Of a stretch of 64,000 nucleotides of DNA, positions 28,700 to 37,849 are shown piece by piece. A program made the position numbers and the translations under genes. Each line of letters starts with the position of its first letter. The first letter of the stretch is position 1. The notes beneath the pieces were generated by a model. The model searched no databases, had not been told where the DNA came from, and saw only the letters and a list, made by a program, of their open reading frames with translations. The stretch lies in NCBI GenBank assembly GCA_947306175.1, contig CAMZFV010000003.1:51869-115868 (forward strand), written 5' to 3'. This DNA comes from an uncultured Prevotellaceae bacterium. GTDB lineage: Bacteria > Bacteroidota > Bacteroidia > Bacteroidales > Muribaculaceae.

Positions 28700-29578
28700 A
28701 TGGATACCAATGAGCTTTTGCGCAAGGTCCGCAAGATAGAAATCAAGACCAAGGGCCTGTCGCAAAACATATTTGCCGGCGAGTACCACTCGGCCTTCAA
28801 GGGCAGGGGTATGACCTTCAGCGAGGTGCGCGAGTACCAGTATGGTGACGACGTGCGCGACATCGACTGGAACGTCACAGCCCGCTACAACCGCCCCTAT
28901 GTGAAGGTCTATGAGGAGGAACGAGAACTCACGGTGTTGCTGCTGGTGGACGTGAGCGGCAGCAAGGACTTTGGTGCCGTGGGTGTTGCCAAGCGTGAGA
29001 TGATGGCCGAGATTGGAGCTACCATCGCGTTCTCGGCCATTGAGAACAACGATAAGGTGGGCGTCATCTTCTTTAGCGACAAAATCGAGAAATTCATCCC
29101 GCCCAAGAAGGGCCGCAAGCACATCCTCCTTGTCATCCGCGAGTTGCTCGACTTCCAGCCCGAGAACACTGGAACCGACATCAATATGGCACTGGAATAC
29201 ATGACCAGCGCCTTGAAGAAACGCTGTACCACCTTCCTGGTGAGCGACTTCATCGATGAGCACGACTACAGCAAGTCCCTGTCCATAGCTAACCACAAAC
29301 ATGATGTGATTGCCGTGCAGGTCTATGACAAACGCGAGGCACAACTGCCCGATGTGGGCCTGATGCGCGTGCGCGATGCCGAGCGTGGCACGACGCGATG
29401 GGTCAACACGGGCAGCAAGCGTGTGCGCGACGCCTACAGCCGCTGGTGGTACAACCAGCAGCAGGCGGTCAACGGCACACTCCAGCGCTGCAACGTGGAT
29501 ATGGCGTCGGTGGCTACCGACGAGGACTACGTCACCGCTCTCATGGGCTTGTTCAAGAACCGAGGAGCCGCAAAATAA
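28700..29578 (+). CDS. DUF58 domain protein
   Basis: GEYHSAFKGRGMTFSEVREYQYGDDVRDIDWNVTAR, DVSGS, SDF. Confidence 0.93.
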   Translation: MDTNELLRKVRKIEIKTKGLSQNIFAGEYHSAFKGRGMTFSEVREYQYGDDVRDIDWNVTARYNRPYVKVYEEERELTVLLLVDVSGSKDFGAVGVAKREMMAEIGATIAFSAIENNDKVGVIFFSDKIEKFIPPKKGRKHILLVIRELLDFQPENTGTDINMALEYMTSALKKRCTTFLVSDFIDEHDYSKSLSIANHKHDVIAVQVYDKREAQLPDVGLMRVRDAERGTTRWVNTGSKRVRDAYSRWWYNQQQAVNGTLQRCNVDMASVATDEDYVTALMGLFKNRGAAK

Positions 29579-29649
29579 TCAATAGAAAATCCTCAGGGTT
29601 TAACTATGCCGTGACTCCCGTCACGGCCAACAGAAAACAAAATAGCAAC

Positions 29650-30603
29650 ATGTCACAACAAGTGAGACATATCGTGATGACCGCCACCCTGTTGATGGCC
29701 GCAATGGCAACGGCGTGGGGCGGTAACGTCACTTTCAAGGCAAAACTCGACAGTGCCACCCTGCTCATGGGCAAGACCACGACGCTGCACCTGGAAATCA
29801 CTCAGGACAAGGACGCGCGTGGCTTCTTCCCCGGCGAGCAACTCGACACCCTCAACGCGATGGTGGAGATTGCCGATCGACCTGCCGCCGACACGATAGA
29901 CCTGGATAACAACCGCATCCAGATCAACCGTGACCTCATTATCCAGAGTTTTGACTCGGGCATGTGGATCATCAAGCCCATCCCCTATGTGGTGAACGGT
30001 GATACGGCCTACAGCAACCAGCTTACCCTCAAGGTGATCCCCGTTGACGTGAGCCAGATGCAGGACATCAATGACATCAAGCCTGTCGAGGAAGTGCCTT
30101 TCAGCCTGTTCGACTGGCTGCCCGACTACTGGTGGGCTTGGCTCTTGGGCTTGGCGCTCATCATTGGTGGCATCTGGGCCTACCGCAAGTATTACAAGAA
30201 GGGCATCAATCCGTTGAAACCCATCAAGAAGCGCCTGCCGCCCTACGAGGAAGCGATGATCAACCTGCGCAACCTCAAGGCTGCCCAGCTGTGGCAGCAG
30301 GGACAGGAGAAGGAGTACTTCACTGGTTTGACCGATATCCTGCGCGTCTATATCGACCGCCGTTTCCACATCAATGCCGTCGAGATGACCTCATCGCAGA
30401 TCATCGACACCTTGAAGAAGAACGAGGAGACCAAGGCGGTAAACGAGCAGCTGGAGATGATTCTCGAGGTGGCCGACATCGTGAAGTTTGCCAATGCCCG
30501 TCCGCTGGCCGATGACAACGAAGTCGCCTACCAGCGTGCCGTGAATTTTGTCGAGGAGACGCGTCCCGTTGAACAATTTGATAAGAAGGAGGCCAAACGA
30601 TGA
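29650..30603 (+). CDS. Conserved single-pass membrane protein of the bat operon
   Basis: Signal peptide from MSQQV, DIKP-TM-PPYEEA, LRVYI..RF, EMTS, ADIVKFA; position between DUF58 and batA. Confidence 0.82.
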   Translation: MSQQVRHIVMTATLLMAAMATAWGGNVTFKAKLDSATLLMGKTTTLHLEITQDKDARGFFPGEQLDTLNAMVEIADRPAADTIDLDNNRIQINRDLIIQSFDSGMWIIKPIPYVVNGDTAYSNQLTLKVIPVDVSQMQDINDIKPVEEVPFSLFDWLPDYWWAWLLGLALIIGGIWAYRKYYKKGINPLKPIKKRLPPYEEAMINLRNLKAAQLWQQGQEKEYFTGLTDILRVYIDRRFHINAVEMTSSQIIDTLKKNEETKAVNEQLEMILEVADIVKFANARPLADDNEVAYQRAVNFVEETRPVEQFDKKEAKR

Positions 30604-31595
30604 TGAACCTTGCTCACCCCGGATGGCTCTGGCTCTTGCCGTTGCTGATGATTCCCCTCATCGCATGGTATATCTATAGCCAGGACAAGAACGAGCCCGA
30701 GATGAACGTCTCGTCAACGCGGGCCTTCGACGGCATGGGCACGAGTTGGAAAGTGTGGCTCAAGCACCTCTCGTTTGCCCTCAAGCTGGGCGCGTTGGCT
30801 TGCCTGATCATCATCCTGTGTCGCCCGCAGACCAAGGACAGCTGGTCCACCAGCGACGTGGAAGGCACCGACATCGTCATTGCGCTCGATGTCTCCACCA
30901 GTATGCTGGCCCGGGATTTCAATCCTAACCGCTTTGAGAGTGCCAAGAAAGTGGCGACCCAGTTTGTCAGCGGGCGAGACCACGATAACATCGGTCTGGT
31001 GCTGTTCGCTGGCGAGAGTTTTACTCAGGTGCCCATGACGATGGACAATGCCACCCTGGTCAATGCCATCGGGCAGACCGAGATTGGCGCCCTTGAGGAC
31101 GGCACCGCCATCGGTGACGGTATCGCTACGGCAATCAACCGCATCCGCGACGGCAAGGCCAAGAGCAAGAGCATCATCCTGCTCACCGACGGCTCCAACA
31201 ACACGGGTGTCGTGGCGCCCAACACGGCTGCCGACATCGCCCGCAAATACGGCATCAAGATTTACACCATCGGCGTGGGCAGTAACGGCACCGCCGACTA
31301 TCCTGTTGCCATCGACTATGCCGGTAACATCCAGTACCAGCGCATGCCCGTGGTCATCGACGAGTCAACCCTCAAGACCATCGCATCTAAGACGGGCGGC
31401 AAGTATTTCCGTGCCACTTCGGGCAGCGTGTTGCGCAGCATCTTCAAGGAGATAGACGAGTTGGAGAAGACCCACATGGACGTGCAGCGTTTCACCCACA
31501 CCGAGGACCATTACGAGCCGTGGGCGCTGTTGTTGCTTGGCCTGCTCCTGTTGAGTCTGCTGCTGGATTACACTTTGCTAAGGCACATCCCTTGA
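30600..31595 (+). CDS. batA: BatA von Willebrand factor A domain protein
   Basis: N-terminal HPGWLWLL BatA helix, DVSTS MIDAS, GTAIGDG, LLTDG. Confidence 0.9.
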   Translation: MMNLAHPGWLWLLPLLMIPLIAWYIYSQDKNEPEMNVSSTRAFDGMGTSWKVWLKHLSFALKLGALACLIIILCRPQTKDSWSTSDVEGTDIVIALDVSTSMLARDFNPNRFESAKKVATQFVSGRDHDNIGLVLFAGESFTQVPMTMDNATLVNAIGQTEIGALEDGTAIGDGIATAINRIRDGKAKSKSIILLTDGSNNTGVVAPNTAADIARKYGIKIYTIGVGSNGTADYPVAIDYAGNIQYQRMPVVIDESTLKTIASKTGGKYFRATSGSVLRSIFKEIDELEKTHMDVQRFTHTEDHYEPWALLLLGLLLLSLLLDYTLLRHIP

Positions 31596-31657
31596 GTTTT
31601 AGCCATTAGCTGACAACTGAAAACTAGAAACTAGGGACTAGAAACTAGAAACTGAAT

Positions 31658-32728
31658 ATGATCAATTTTGCTCATCCGCAATATTTCTATCTGCTGCTCC
31701 TGCTGCCTGCGCTGGTGCTGCTCTTCCTATGGAACCGACGCGACCGTAGCAAGCGCCTGCAGCGCTACGGCAAGCGCGCTTCCATCGAGCCGCTGATGCC
31801 CGAGGTGTCGCGCTACAAGCCATGGATACGTCTCGTGCTGGAATTGCTGTTGCTCACCATGGTCATCGTGGTGCTGGCCCGTCCCCGTGCCGGGTCGAGC
31901 AAGACAACGGCCAAGGTGCACGGCATCGAGGTGATGGTCGCTGTTGACGTCTCCAATTCGATGAATGCGTCGAGCACCGATAACCCCCAGGACGTGAGCC
32001 GCCTGCAGCGCTCCAAGATGATACTGCAAAAGCTCATCGACCGTCTGGATAACAACAAGGTGGGACTCATCGTGTTCGCAGGCAATGCCTATATGCAGAT
32101 GCCTATGACCAGCGATGCCGCTTCGGCCAAGCTGTTCCTCAACGGCATCAACACCAGCATGGCCCCAACGCAGGGAACCGCTATCGGCGCCGCCATCAAT
32201 ATGGCGCTCAACGGCTTCTCGCAGAGCAAGAAATCCCAAAAGGCGATCATCATCATCACCGATGGCGAGAACTTTGAGGACGATGCTGTCGAGGCGGCCA
32301 AGAATGCCGCCAAACTCGGCGTTCAGGTCGATGTCATCGGCGTCGGCTCCACCAAGGGCGCGCCCATCCCCATGGATGGCGGTTATCTCACCGACGACAG
32401 CGGCAATCCCGTGACCACCTATCTCAACGAGAAGATGGCACAGGAAATTGCCGATGCCGGCAAGGGCGTCTATATCTCGGGTACGGCTTCGGATGCCGTC
32501 TCGACCCTGCAGGAGACACTCGACAAGCTTTCCAAGAGCGATCTGGCGGCTGTGACCTACACCCAGCACGACGAGCAGTTCCCCGTGTTTGCCACGCTGG
32601 CACTGCTGTTGCTCCTGGCACTGCTGCTCCTGCTGGAGCGCAAGAACCCGTGGCTCAAGAAGTACAATTTCTTCACTAAGGACAAGAAAGAGAACATCGT
32701 TAAAAATGATACTCAACAAGATAAATAA
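31658..32728 (+). CDS. batB: BatB von Willebrand factor A domain protein
   Basis: FAHPQYFYLL, DVSNS MIDAS, QGTAIG, ITDGE; follows batA. Confidence 0.9.
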   Translation: MINFAHPQYFYLLLLLPALVLLFLWNRRDRSKRLQRYGKRASIEPLMPEVSRYKPWIRLVLELLLLTMVIVVLARPRAGSSKTTAKVHGIEVMVAVDVSNSMNASSTDNPQDVSRLQRSKMILQKLIDRLDNNKVGLIVFAGNAYMQMPMTSDAASAKLFLNGINTSMAPTQGTAIGAAINMALNGFSQSKKSQKAIIIITDGENFEDDAVEAAKNAAKLGVQVDVIGVGSTKGAPIPMDGGYLTDDSGNPVTTYLNEKMAQEIADAGKGVYISGTASDAVSTLQETLDKLSKSDLAAVTYTQHDEQFPVFATLALLLLLALLLLLERKNPWLKKYNFFTKDKKENIVKNDTQQDK

Positions 32729-33569
32729 TCAACTGATGGCTTCGGTGTTGGTCATGGTACTGGCATTGGGCGTATCCATGCCTGTTCAGGCTGGGGATAA
32801 AGGTTCCAAGATGAACAAGCGCGAACGCGTGTGCCTGCGCCACGGCAACAAGCTCTATGAGAAGAAGCGCTATGCCGAGGCCGAGGTCGAGTACCGCAAG
32901 GCGCTCCAGGCCAATCCTGCCAGTGAGAAAGCACAGTTCAATCTTGCTACAGCCCTCATGCGCCAGGGTAGCGTCACCTCTCAGCAGGATGACGACAAGA
33001 ATCCGATGAAGCAGGCCGAGGGCATCCTCACCAATCTTGCTAAGGGCGCACAAGACAAGCAGTTGCGCGGCAAGGCCAGTTATGACTTGGGCAACATCGC
33101 CTACGGTCGCCAGCAGTATGACCAGGCAGTAGAGTTCTACAAGCACGCGCTGCGCTGCAACCCCGATGACGACCAGGCGCGCCAGAACCTGCGCCTGGCC
33201 CAGCTCAAGAAGCAGCAACAGGACCAAAATAAGGACAAGAATAAAGACAACAAGGACCAGAATAAGGACCAAAACCAAGACCAAAATAAGGATCAGAACA
33301 AGGACCAAAATAAGGACCAGGACAAAGACAAACAGGACCAAAACAAAGATCAGAACAAGGATAATCAAGATCAACAAAACCAAAATCAGAACCAGCAGAA
33401 TCAGGATCAACAGAAACAACAGCAACAGCAGGGCGGCATGAGCCAGCAGAATGCCGAGCAGGTGCTCAAGGCCATGCAGGACCGCGAGCGGGCCACCCAG
33501 CAGCGCATCAATGCCCAGCAGGCCCAGCAACAGCGCCACGAGCGCCAGCGCACCAACAGGAAGTGGTAA
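32706..33569 (+). CDS. batC: BatC TPR protein with Q/N/D/K low-complexity linker
   Basis: TPR motifs, (DQNK)n tract, MSQQNAEQVL...KW C-terminus; start could be 32736. Confidence 0.85.
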   Translation: MILNKINNQLMASVLVMVLALGVSMPVQAGDKGSKMNKRERVCLRHGNKLYEKKRYAEAEVEYRKALQANPASEKAQFNLATALMRQGSVTSQQDDDKNPMKQAEGILTNLAKGAQDKQLRGKASYDLGNIAYGRQQYDQAVEFYKHALRCNPDDDQARQNLRLAQLKKQQQDQNKDKNKDNKDQNKDQNQDQNKDQNKDQNKDQDKDKQDQNKDQNKDNQDQQNQNQNQQNQDQQKQQQQQGGMSQQNAEQVLKAMQDRERATQQRINAQQAQQQRHERQRTNRKW

Positions 33570-33594
33570 TCTAAGGTCTAAAGTCTAAAACCTA

Positions 33595-35421
33595 ATGAAG
33601 CGAATCATCAACATAGCAATCCTGCTCTTGACAACGGTGATGGTGACCCATGCGGCCACGTTCACCGTCGAGGCGCCGCGCCAAGTTGTCGAGGGCAACA
33701 AGTTCAACGTCACCTTTGTGCTCAACAATGGTGAGGGCAGCAGTTTTACCCCGCCCGAGGTGACAGGCGCCAAACTCATCTATGGCCCCAGCGTGTCTCA
33801 CAGTTATAGCTCATCGTGGATCAATGGTAAGGCGAGCAGCCATTCCAGTGAGGAATACACCATGATCTATAAGGCCACCCAGTCGGGAAAATGCCATATA
33901 GGCCCAGCATCGGTGGTGGTTGATGGCAAGCGAATGGCGACTAAGGCCATGACAATAGAAATCCTGCCAGCAGGAAGCAGTCAGCCCAGCCAACAAACAC
34001 AGCGCACACCAGGCGCCCCAACGCCCTACAGCGACCCGATGACTCAGAGCGCCGATAAGGCGGTGAGCGGCAAGGACCTGTTTGTCCGCATCGAGATGTC
34101 CAAACCGCGCGTCTATGAACAGCAGGCGGTAGTGTGTACCATCAAGCTGTACACCAAGTACCAGATTTCGCAATTCATGCCCACCATCCAGCCTTCGTTT
34201 GACGGCTTCCTGATCGAGGAGATTCCCATGCAGCCCAGCCTCAACAAGGTGGAGACATTGAATGGAGAGCGCTACATGACGGCCATCCTGAAGCAGTGCA
34301 TCCTCTACCCGCAGCAAAGCGGCAATCTCACCATCACGTCAGGCAACTATGACGTGAGCGTGGTGCAGTTCGACACGTTCAAGAGCATCTTTGGCAGCAT
34401 CTCCAAGCCTGTCGAGAAGGACATCAAGGTGACCAGCAACAAGGCCACCATCCACATCCTGCCCTTGCCCGAACCCAAGCCCGCATCGTTCACTGGAGCG
34501 GTGGGCAAGTTCAGCGTCACGACCGACCTGAAACCAGCCACGGGCTTCAAGACCTACAGCGCCGCCACCTACCGTTATGTGATCATGGGAACGGGTAACA
34601 TCAAGTACATCAAGGCGCCCGAGGTAAAATTTCCTGACCAGTTCGATGTCTATGACCCCAAGACCGATGTGCATGTCAACGATGCCGCTGGCGACATGAA
34701 CGGTAAGGTGGTGATTGATTACACGTTCATTCCGCAGTATGCTGGCGAGTTTGAGATAGCGGCCAGCGAGTTTTCATATTTCGACCCGGAGTTGGGCCGT
34801 TATGAGACAATCCCTGTCGCTGCCCGCCACTTGACGGTGGCCAAGGGTGAAGGCCAGCCCAGCAACCATTACCGCATGAAGAACATGGACATCCGTCCCA
34901 TCAAGGGCGGTGACTTAGGCCTGAAGAAGTCACACGGCTACATCGTGGACAATTGGGCTTACTGGCTATGGTTCCTCCTGCCGCTGCTGGCACTGGTGGC
35001 ATTGCTGCTGTATTACCGCAAGCAGTTGAAGGAACGTGCCGACGTACGTCGCATGCGCTCCAAGAGGGCCAGCAAGGTGGCCCAACGGCGCCTCAAGGCT
35101 GCCCGCGGCTTTGCCTCGCGTGGCGACCGCAACGGCTTCTATGCCGAGATGCTCAATGCCCTCTGGGGCTATATGAGCGACAAGCTGTCGATTCCCGTGA
35201 GCGAGTTGAGCAAGGACAACATCAATGCCGAGCTGGAACAGTATGGCATCGACGAGCGGTTGCGCCAGGAGTCGATAGCGCTTATCGACAAGTGCGAGTT
35301 TGCCCAGTATGCTCCCGAATTGGCCTCTGGCGACATGAATGCCGTGCTCGACGAGGCCGCAGGCATCATCGACCGATTGGAAAGTGTAAAACGCAAGAAA
35401 ACCATTACCGTGCAGTCATGA
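33595..35421 (+). CDS. batD: BatD family protein
   Basis: Signal peptide, YGPS, LYPQQSG, FTGAVG, GTGNI, SYFDP, C-terminal TM; operon position. Confidence 0.88.
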   Translation: MKRIINIAILLLTTVMVTHAATFTVEAPRQVVEGNKFNVTFVLNNGEGSSFTPPEVTGAKLIYGPSVSHSYSSSWINGKASSHSSEEYTMIYKATQSGKCHIGPASVVVDGKRMATKAMTIEILPAGSSQPSQQTQRTPGAPTPYSDPMTQSADKAVSGKDLFVRIEMSKPRVYEQQAVVCTIKLYTKYQISQFMPTIQPSFDGFLIEEIPMQPSLNKVETLNGERYMTAILKQCILYPQQSGNLTITSGNYDVSVVQFDTFKSIFGSISKPVEKDIKVTSNKATIHILPLPEPKPASFTGAVGKFSVTTDLKPATGFKTYSAATYRYVIMGTGNIKYIKAPEVKFPDQFDVYDPKTDVHVNDAAGDMNGKVVIDYTFIPQYAGEFEIAASEFSYFDPELGRYETIPVAARHLTVAKGEGQPSNHYRMKNMDIRPIKGGDLGLKKSHGYIVDNWAYWLWFLLPLLALVALLLYYRKQLKERADVRRMRSKRASKVAQRRLKAARGFASRGDRNGFYAEMLNALWGYMSDKLSIPVSELSKDNINAELEQYGIDERLRQESIALIDKCEFAQYAPELASGDMNAVLDEAAGIIDRLESVKRKKTITVQS

Positions 35422-36188
35422 AACAGATCATCATCACCATCATATTAGCAGCGCTGACATTGCCCCTCGTGGCAGGGAACGCCAACATCGACCGCGCCAA
35501 TCAGGCCTACAAGCAGGAACTGTATAACGAGGCGCTGAAGCTCTACCTCCAGGAGGCCGAGCAGACGGGCGTGTCGTCGGCGCTCTATTGCAACATCGGC
35601 GACACCTACTACCGCCTCAAGGACAACGTCCATGCTGTGCTCTACTACGAGCGGGCATTGCTGCTTGACCCCTCAAATAGTGACGCGCGTTTCAATCTGG
35701 AGTTTGTGCGCGGCAAGATGCAGTTGCCCGACGATGCGGGCGACTCGTGGTTCAGCAACTGGGTCGATCAGACGGTGAGCCGCCTGTCGAGCAACACCTG
35801 GGCCATCATTGCCATCATTACCTTCCTGCTCTTCCTGGCTGGTGTGGCGGCCTACCTGTTCATGGACAACGTGCTGATCAGGAAAATCGGCTTCTTTGGC
35901 GGTGCTGTGCTGATAGTCGCCAGTATCCTGGCCAATATGGCCGCTTTCCACGTCTATCACAAGGCGACGGGTGGCAATGGTGCCATCATCATGCCCGAGA
36001 ATGTCACCTTGAGCACCGCGCCCCGTGAGCCCCGCGACAAGAAGGAAGAAGCCTTCAGCCTCCAGCAGGGCACCCGTGTTGAAATTGTCGATTCTATCGC
36101 CGACAAGACCCAAGGCAAGTGGCTCCAAGTCTCCACCGCCGGCGGCCACAAGGCCTGGATCAACGCCAAAGACGTCGAAATAATCTAA
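35418..36188 (+). CDS. batE: BatE TPR/SH3 protein
   Basis: Start MKQII overlapping batD stop (ATGA); TPR ALYCNIG..YYERALLLDP, two TMs, SH3-like C-terminus. Confidence 0.88.
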   Translation: MKQIIITIILAALTLPLVAGNANIDRANQAYKQELYNEALKLYLQEAEQTGVSSALYCNIGDTYYRLKDNVHAVLYYERALLLDPSNSDARFNLEFVRGKMQLPDDAGDSWFSNWVDQTVSRLSSNTWAIIAIITFLLFLAGVAAYLFMDNVLIRKIGFFGGAVLIVASILANMAAFHVYHKATGGNGAIIMPENVTLSTAPREPRDKKEEAFSLQQGTRVEIVDSIADKTQGKWLQVSTAGGHKAWINAKDVEII

Positions 36189-36199
36189 TTATTGTAAAT

Positions 36200-36224
36200 G
36201 TAGAGACGCAAAATCTTGCGTCTC
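36200..36224 (+). repeat. GTAG-family REP, single copy
   Basis: gtagagacgcaaaatcttgcgtctc. Confidence 0.85.
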
Positions 36225-36233
36225 CCGATATTA

Positions 36234-36896
36234 ATGATTGAGTTCCTGAACGACATAGATACCGATGCCCTGTTGGCCGTGAACGGCCTGCATGACATCT
36301 TTCAGGATGCCTTCTGGTGGACGGTTTCCGCCAAGTGGTCTTCGGCATTGTTGGTGCTCGCATTGCTATGGATTCTCTTTCGCCAGAACCGCCGCCATGC
36401 CCTGCTTGTGCTGGCGATGCTTGCCCTTGCCGTGCTGTTGGCCGATCAGGTCTCATCGGGTCTCATCAAGCACCTCGTCGAGCGTTTGCGTCCCACCCAT
36501 GACCCCTCGCTGGAATCTGCCGTTCACGTCATCAACGGCTACCGTGGCGGCCTGTACGGCTTCGTGTCGAGCCATGCCGCCAATTCCTTTGCCATTGCAA
36601 CACTCCTCTCCTTCGTCATGCGCCACAAGGCGGTGACATTCTCGTTGTTCACGTGGGCCCTGCTGCAATGCTACAGCCGTGTCTATTTGGGAGTGCATTA
36701 TCCCGGAGACATCCTCGGCGGTATCCTTGTCGGCGTGCTCGTTGGCTGGCTTGTCTGGAGGCTCATGCGCTGGATTCAGCGCCGCTACCGCCTCCCGCTG
36801 GGTCATTACACCCGTACTGATGCTGTCCTCATGGCCTCGTCGTTTACCATTACCGTCTTCACCATTCTCATTATCAGCCTCGTCCAGGTCTTTTGA
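36234..36896 (+). CDS. PAP2 family phosphatase
   Basis: K.LVERLRP, GFVSSHA, SRVYLGVHYPGD. Confidence 0.92.
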   Translation: MIEFLNDIDTDALLAVNGLHDIFQDAFWWTVSAKWSSALLVLALLWILFRQNRRHALLVLAMLALAVLLADQVSSGLIKHLVERLRPTHDPSLESAVHVINGYRGGLYGFVSSHAANSFAIATLLSFVMRHKAVTFSLFTWALLQCYSRVYLGVHYPGDILGGILVGVLVGWLVWRLMRWIQRRYRLPLGHYTRTDAVLMASSFTITVFTILIISLVQVF

Positions 36897-36911
36897 TACG
36901 TGGTCACGTGG

Positions 36912-37844
36912 TTATTTCAGGACGCCTAATTTCTTGATGTCATTGGCCAAGCTGTCTGAGAACACCTTGGAGCCTCTATAGTTGAGGTGCATCGCGTTAT
37001 AGAAATAGGTCGAGTCGCTGCAGATGTCCATATTGGTATAATCAAGAACCGGGATATCGTATGTTTTAGCGATACTATAGTAAAAATCGTGGACCTCCTT
37101 CAGACAGGTCATCTTTTGGGTCGCCCCGACGTATAGCGGACAGAAAACAAACACCATCTGAACATTTTCGGCTTTGGCCTCCGAGATATAGTCTTTAAAC
37201 GCCTGTACGCAGGTGCTATCAACCAGGAAAGGTATCGAATCTACCGCAGCCAGCGCACTGCCGTCCCATGGCCTGTCCAAACCCCTGTATCCCTTTGTCA
37301 ACTTCTTTTGGCCGTCAGGCAAGAAGAACTTTATTCCTGGCATGTTGCTACGGAAGTGGACATTCAGGTACCGATACATGGGCATATACTTTTCCCAGAA
37401 CGTGAAGGGCTCTTCGGAAAAGAAGTATTTCCTTATGGATTTGTCCCAGAAAAACGGGAAAAACTGCGTTTTGCAGATACCCAATCTCTTGATCATCGAG
37501 AAGACATCGACGTTCTGAATAATTACCTTAGGCTTTGCATTGTGTTCCCGATACACGTGATACTTCTTGATCTGGCTGTAGATAGCTCGGCCGTCCATCC
37601 CCAGTACATAGGCATTGGTCTGCAGGACGCTGTCAAGGACCAACGGATTGACATGTTCTGTCACGCGTGAACTGCCCACGGCCACCACATCAGCGTCGAT
37701 ATTGCCATTCATCAGTTCATTCCATGATTCAATGGAGTAATCGCTTGAATGCTTGGCCACCTGACTGAACAGGTAGTCCACCCCTGTCAGCAGCAGATAA
37801 CAGGGAACGGTGAACAGCAAGCAATATTTGATGAATCTTCTCAT
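36912..37844 (-). CDS. SGNH-like extracytoplasmic partner of the MBOAT acyltransferase
   Basis: N-terminal TM, VGSSR and FYNAMHLN.G motifs; 5 bp downstream of the MBOAT gene. Confidence 0.7.
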   Translation of the reverse strand: MRRFIKYCLLFTVPCYLLLTGVDYLFSQVAKHSSDYSIESWNELMNGNIDADVVAVGSSRVTEHVNPLVLDSVLQTNAYVLGMDGRAIYSQIKKYHVYREHNAKPKVIIQNVDVFSMIKRLGICKTQFFPFFWDKSIRKYFFSEEPFTFWEKYMPMYRYLNVHFRSNMPGIKFFLPDGQKKLTKGYRGLDRPWDGSALAAVDSIPFLVDSTCVQAFKDYISEAKAENVQMVFVFCPLYVGATQKMTCLKEVHDFYYSIAKTYDIPVLDYTNMDICSDSTYFYNAMHLNYRGSKVFSDSLANDIKKLGVLK

Positions 37845-37849
37845 GTGAA

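Noticed and set aside
33215..33430. 12-bp DQNK repeat tract in batC as a contingency locus
   Set aside because: In-frame, synonymously diverged low-complexity linker that is normal for BatC
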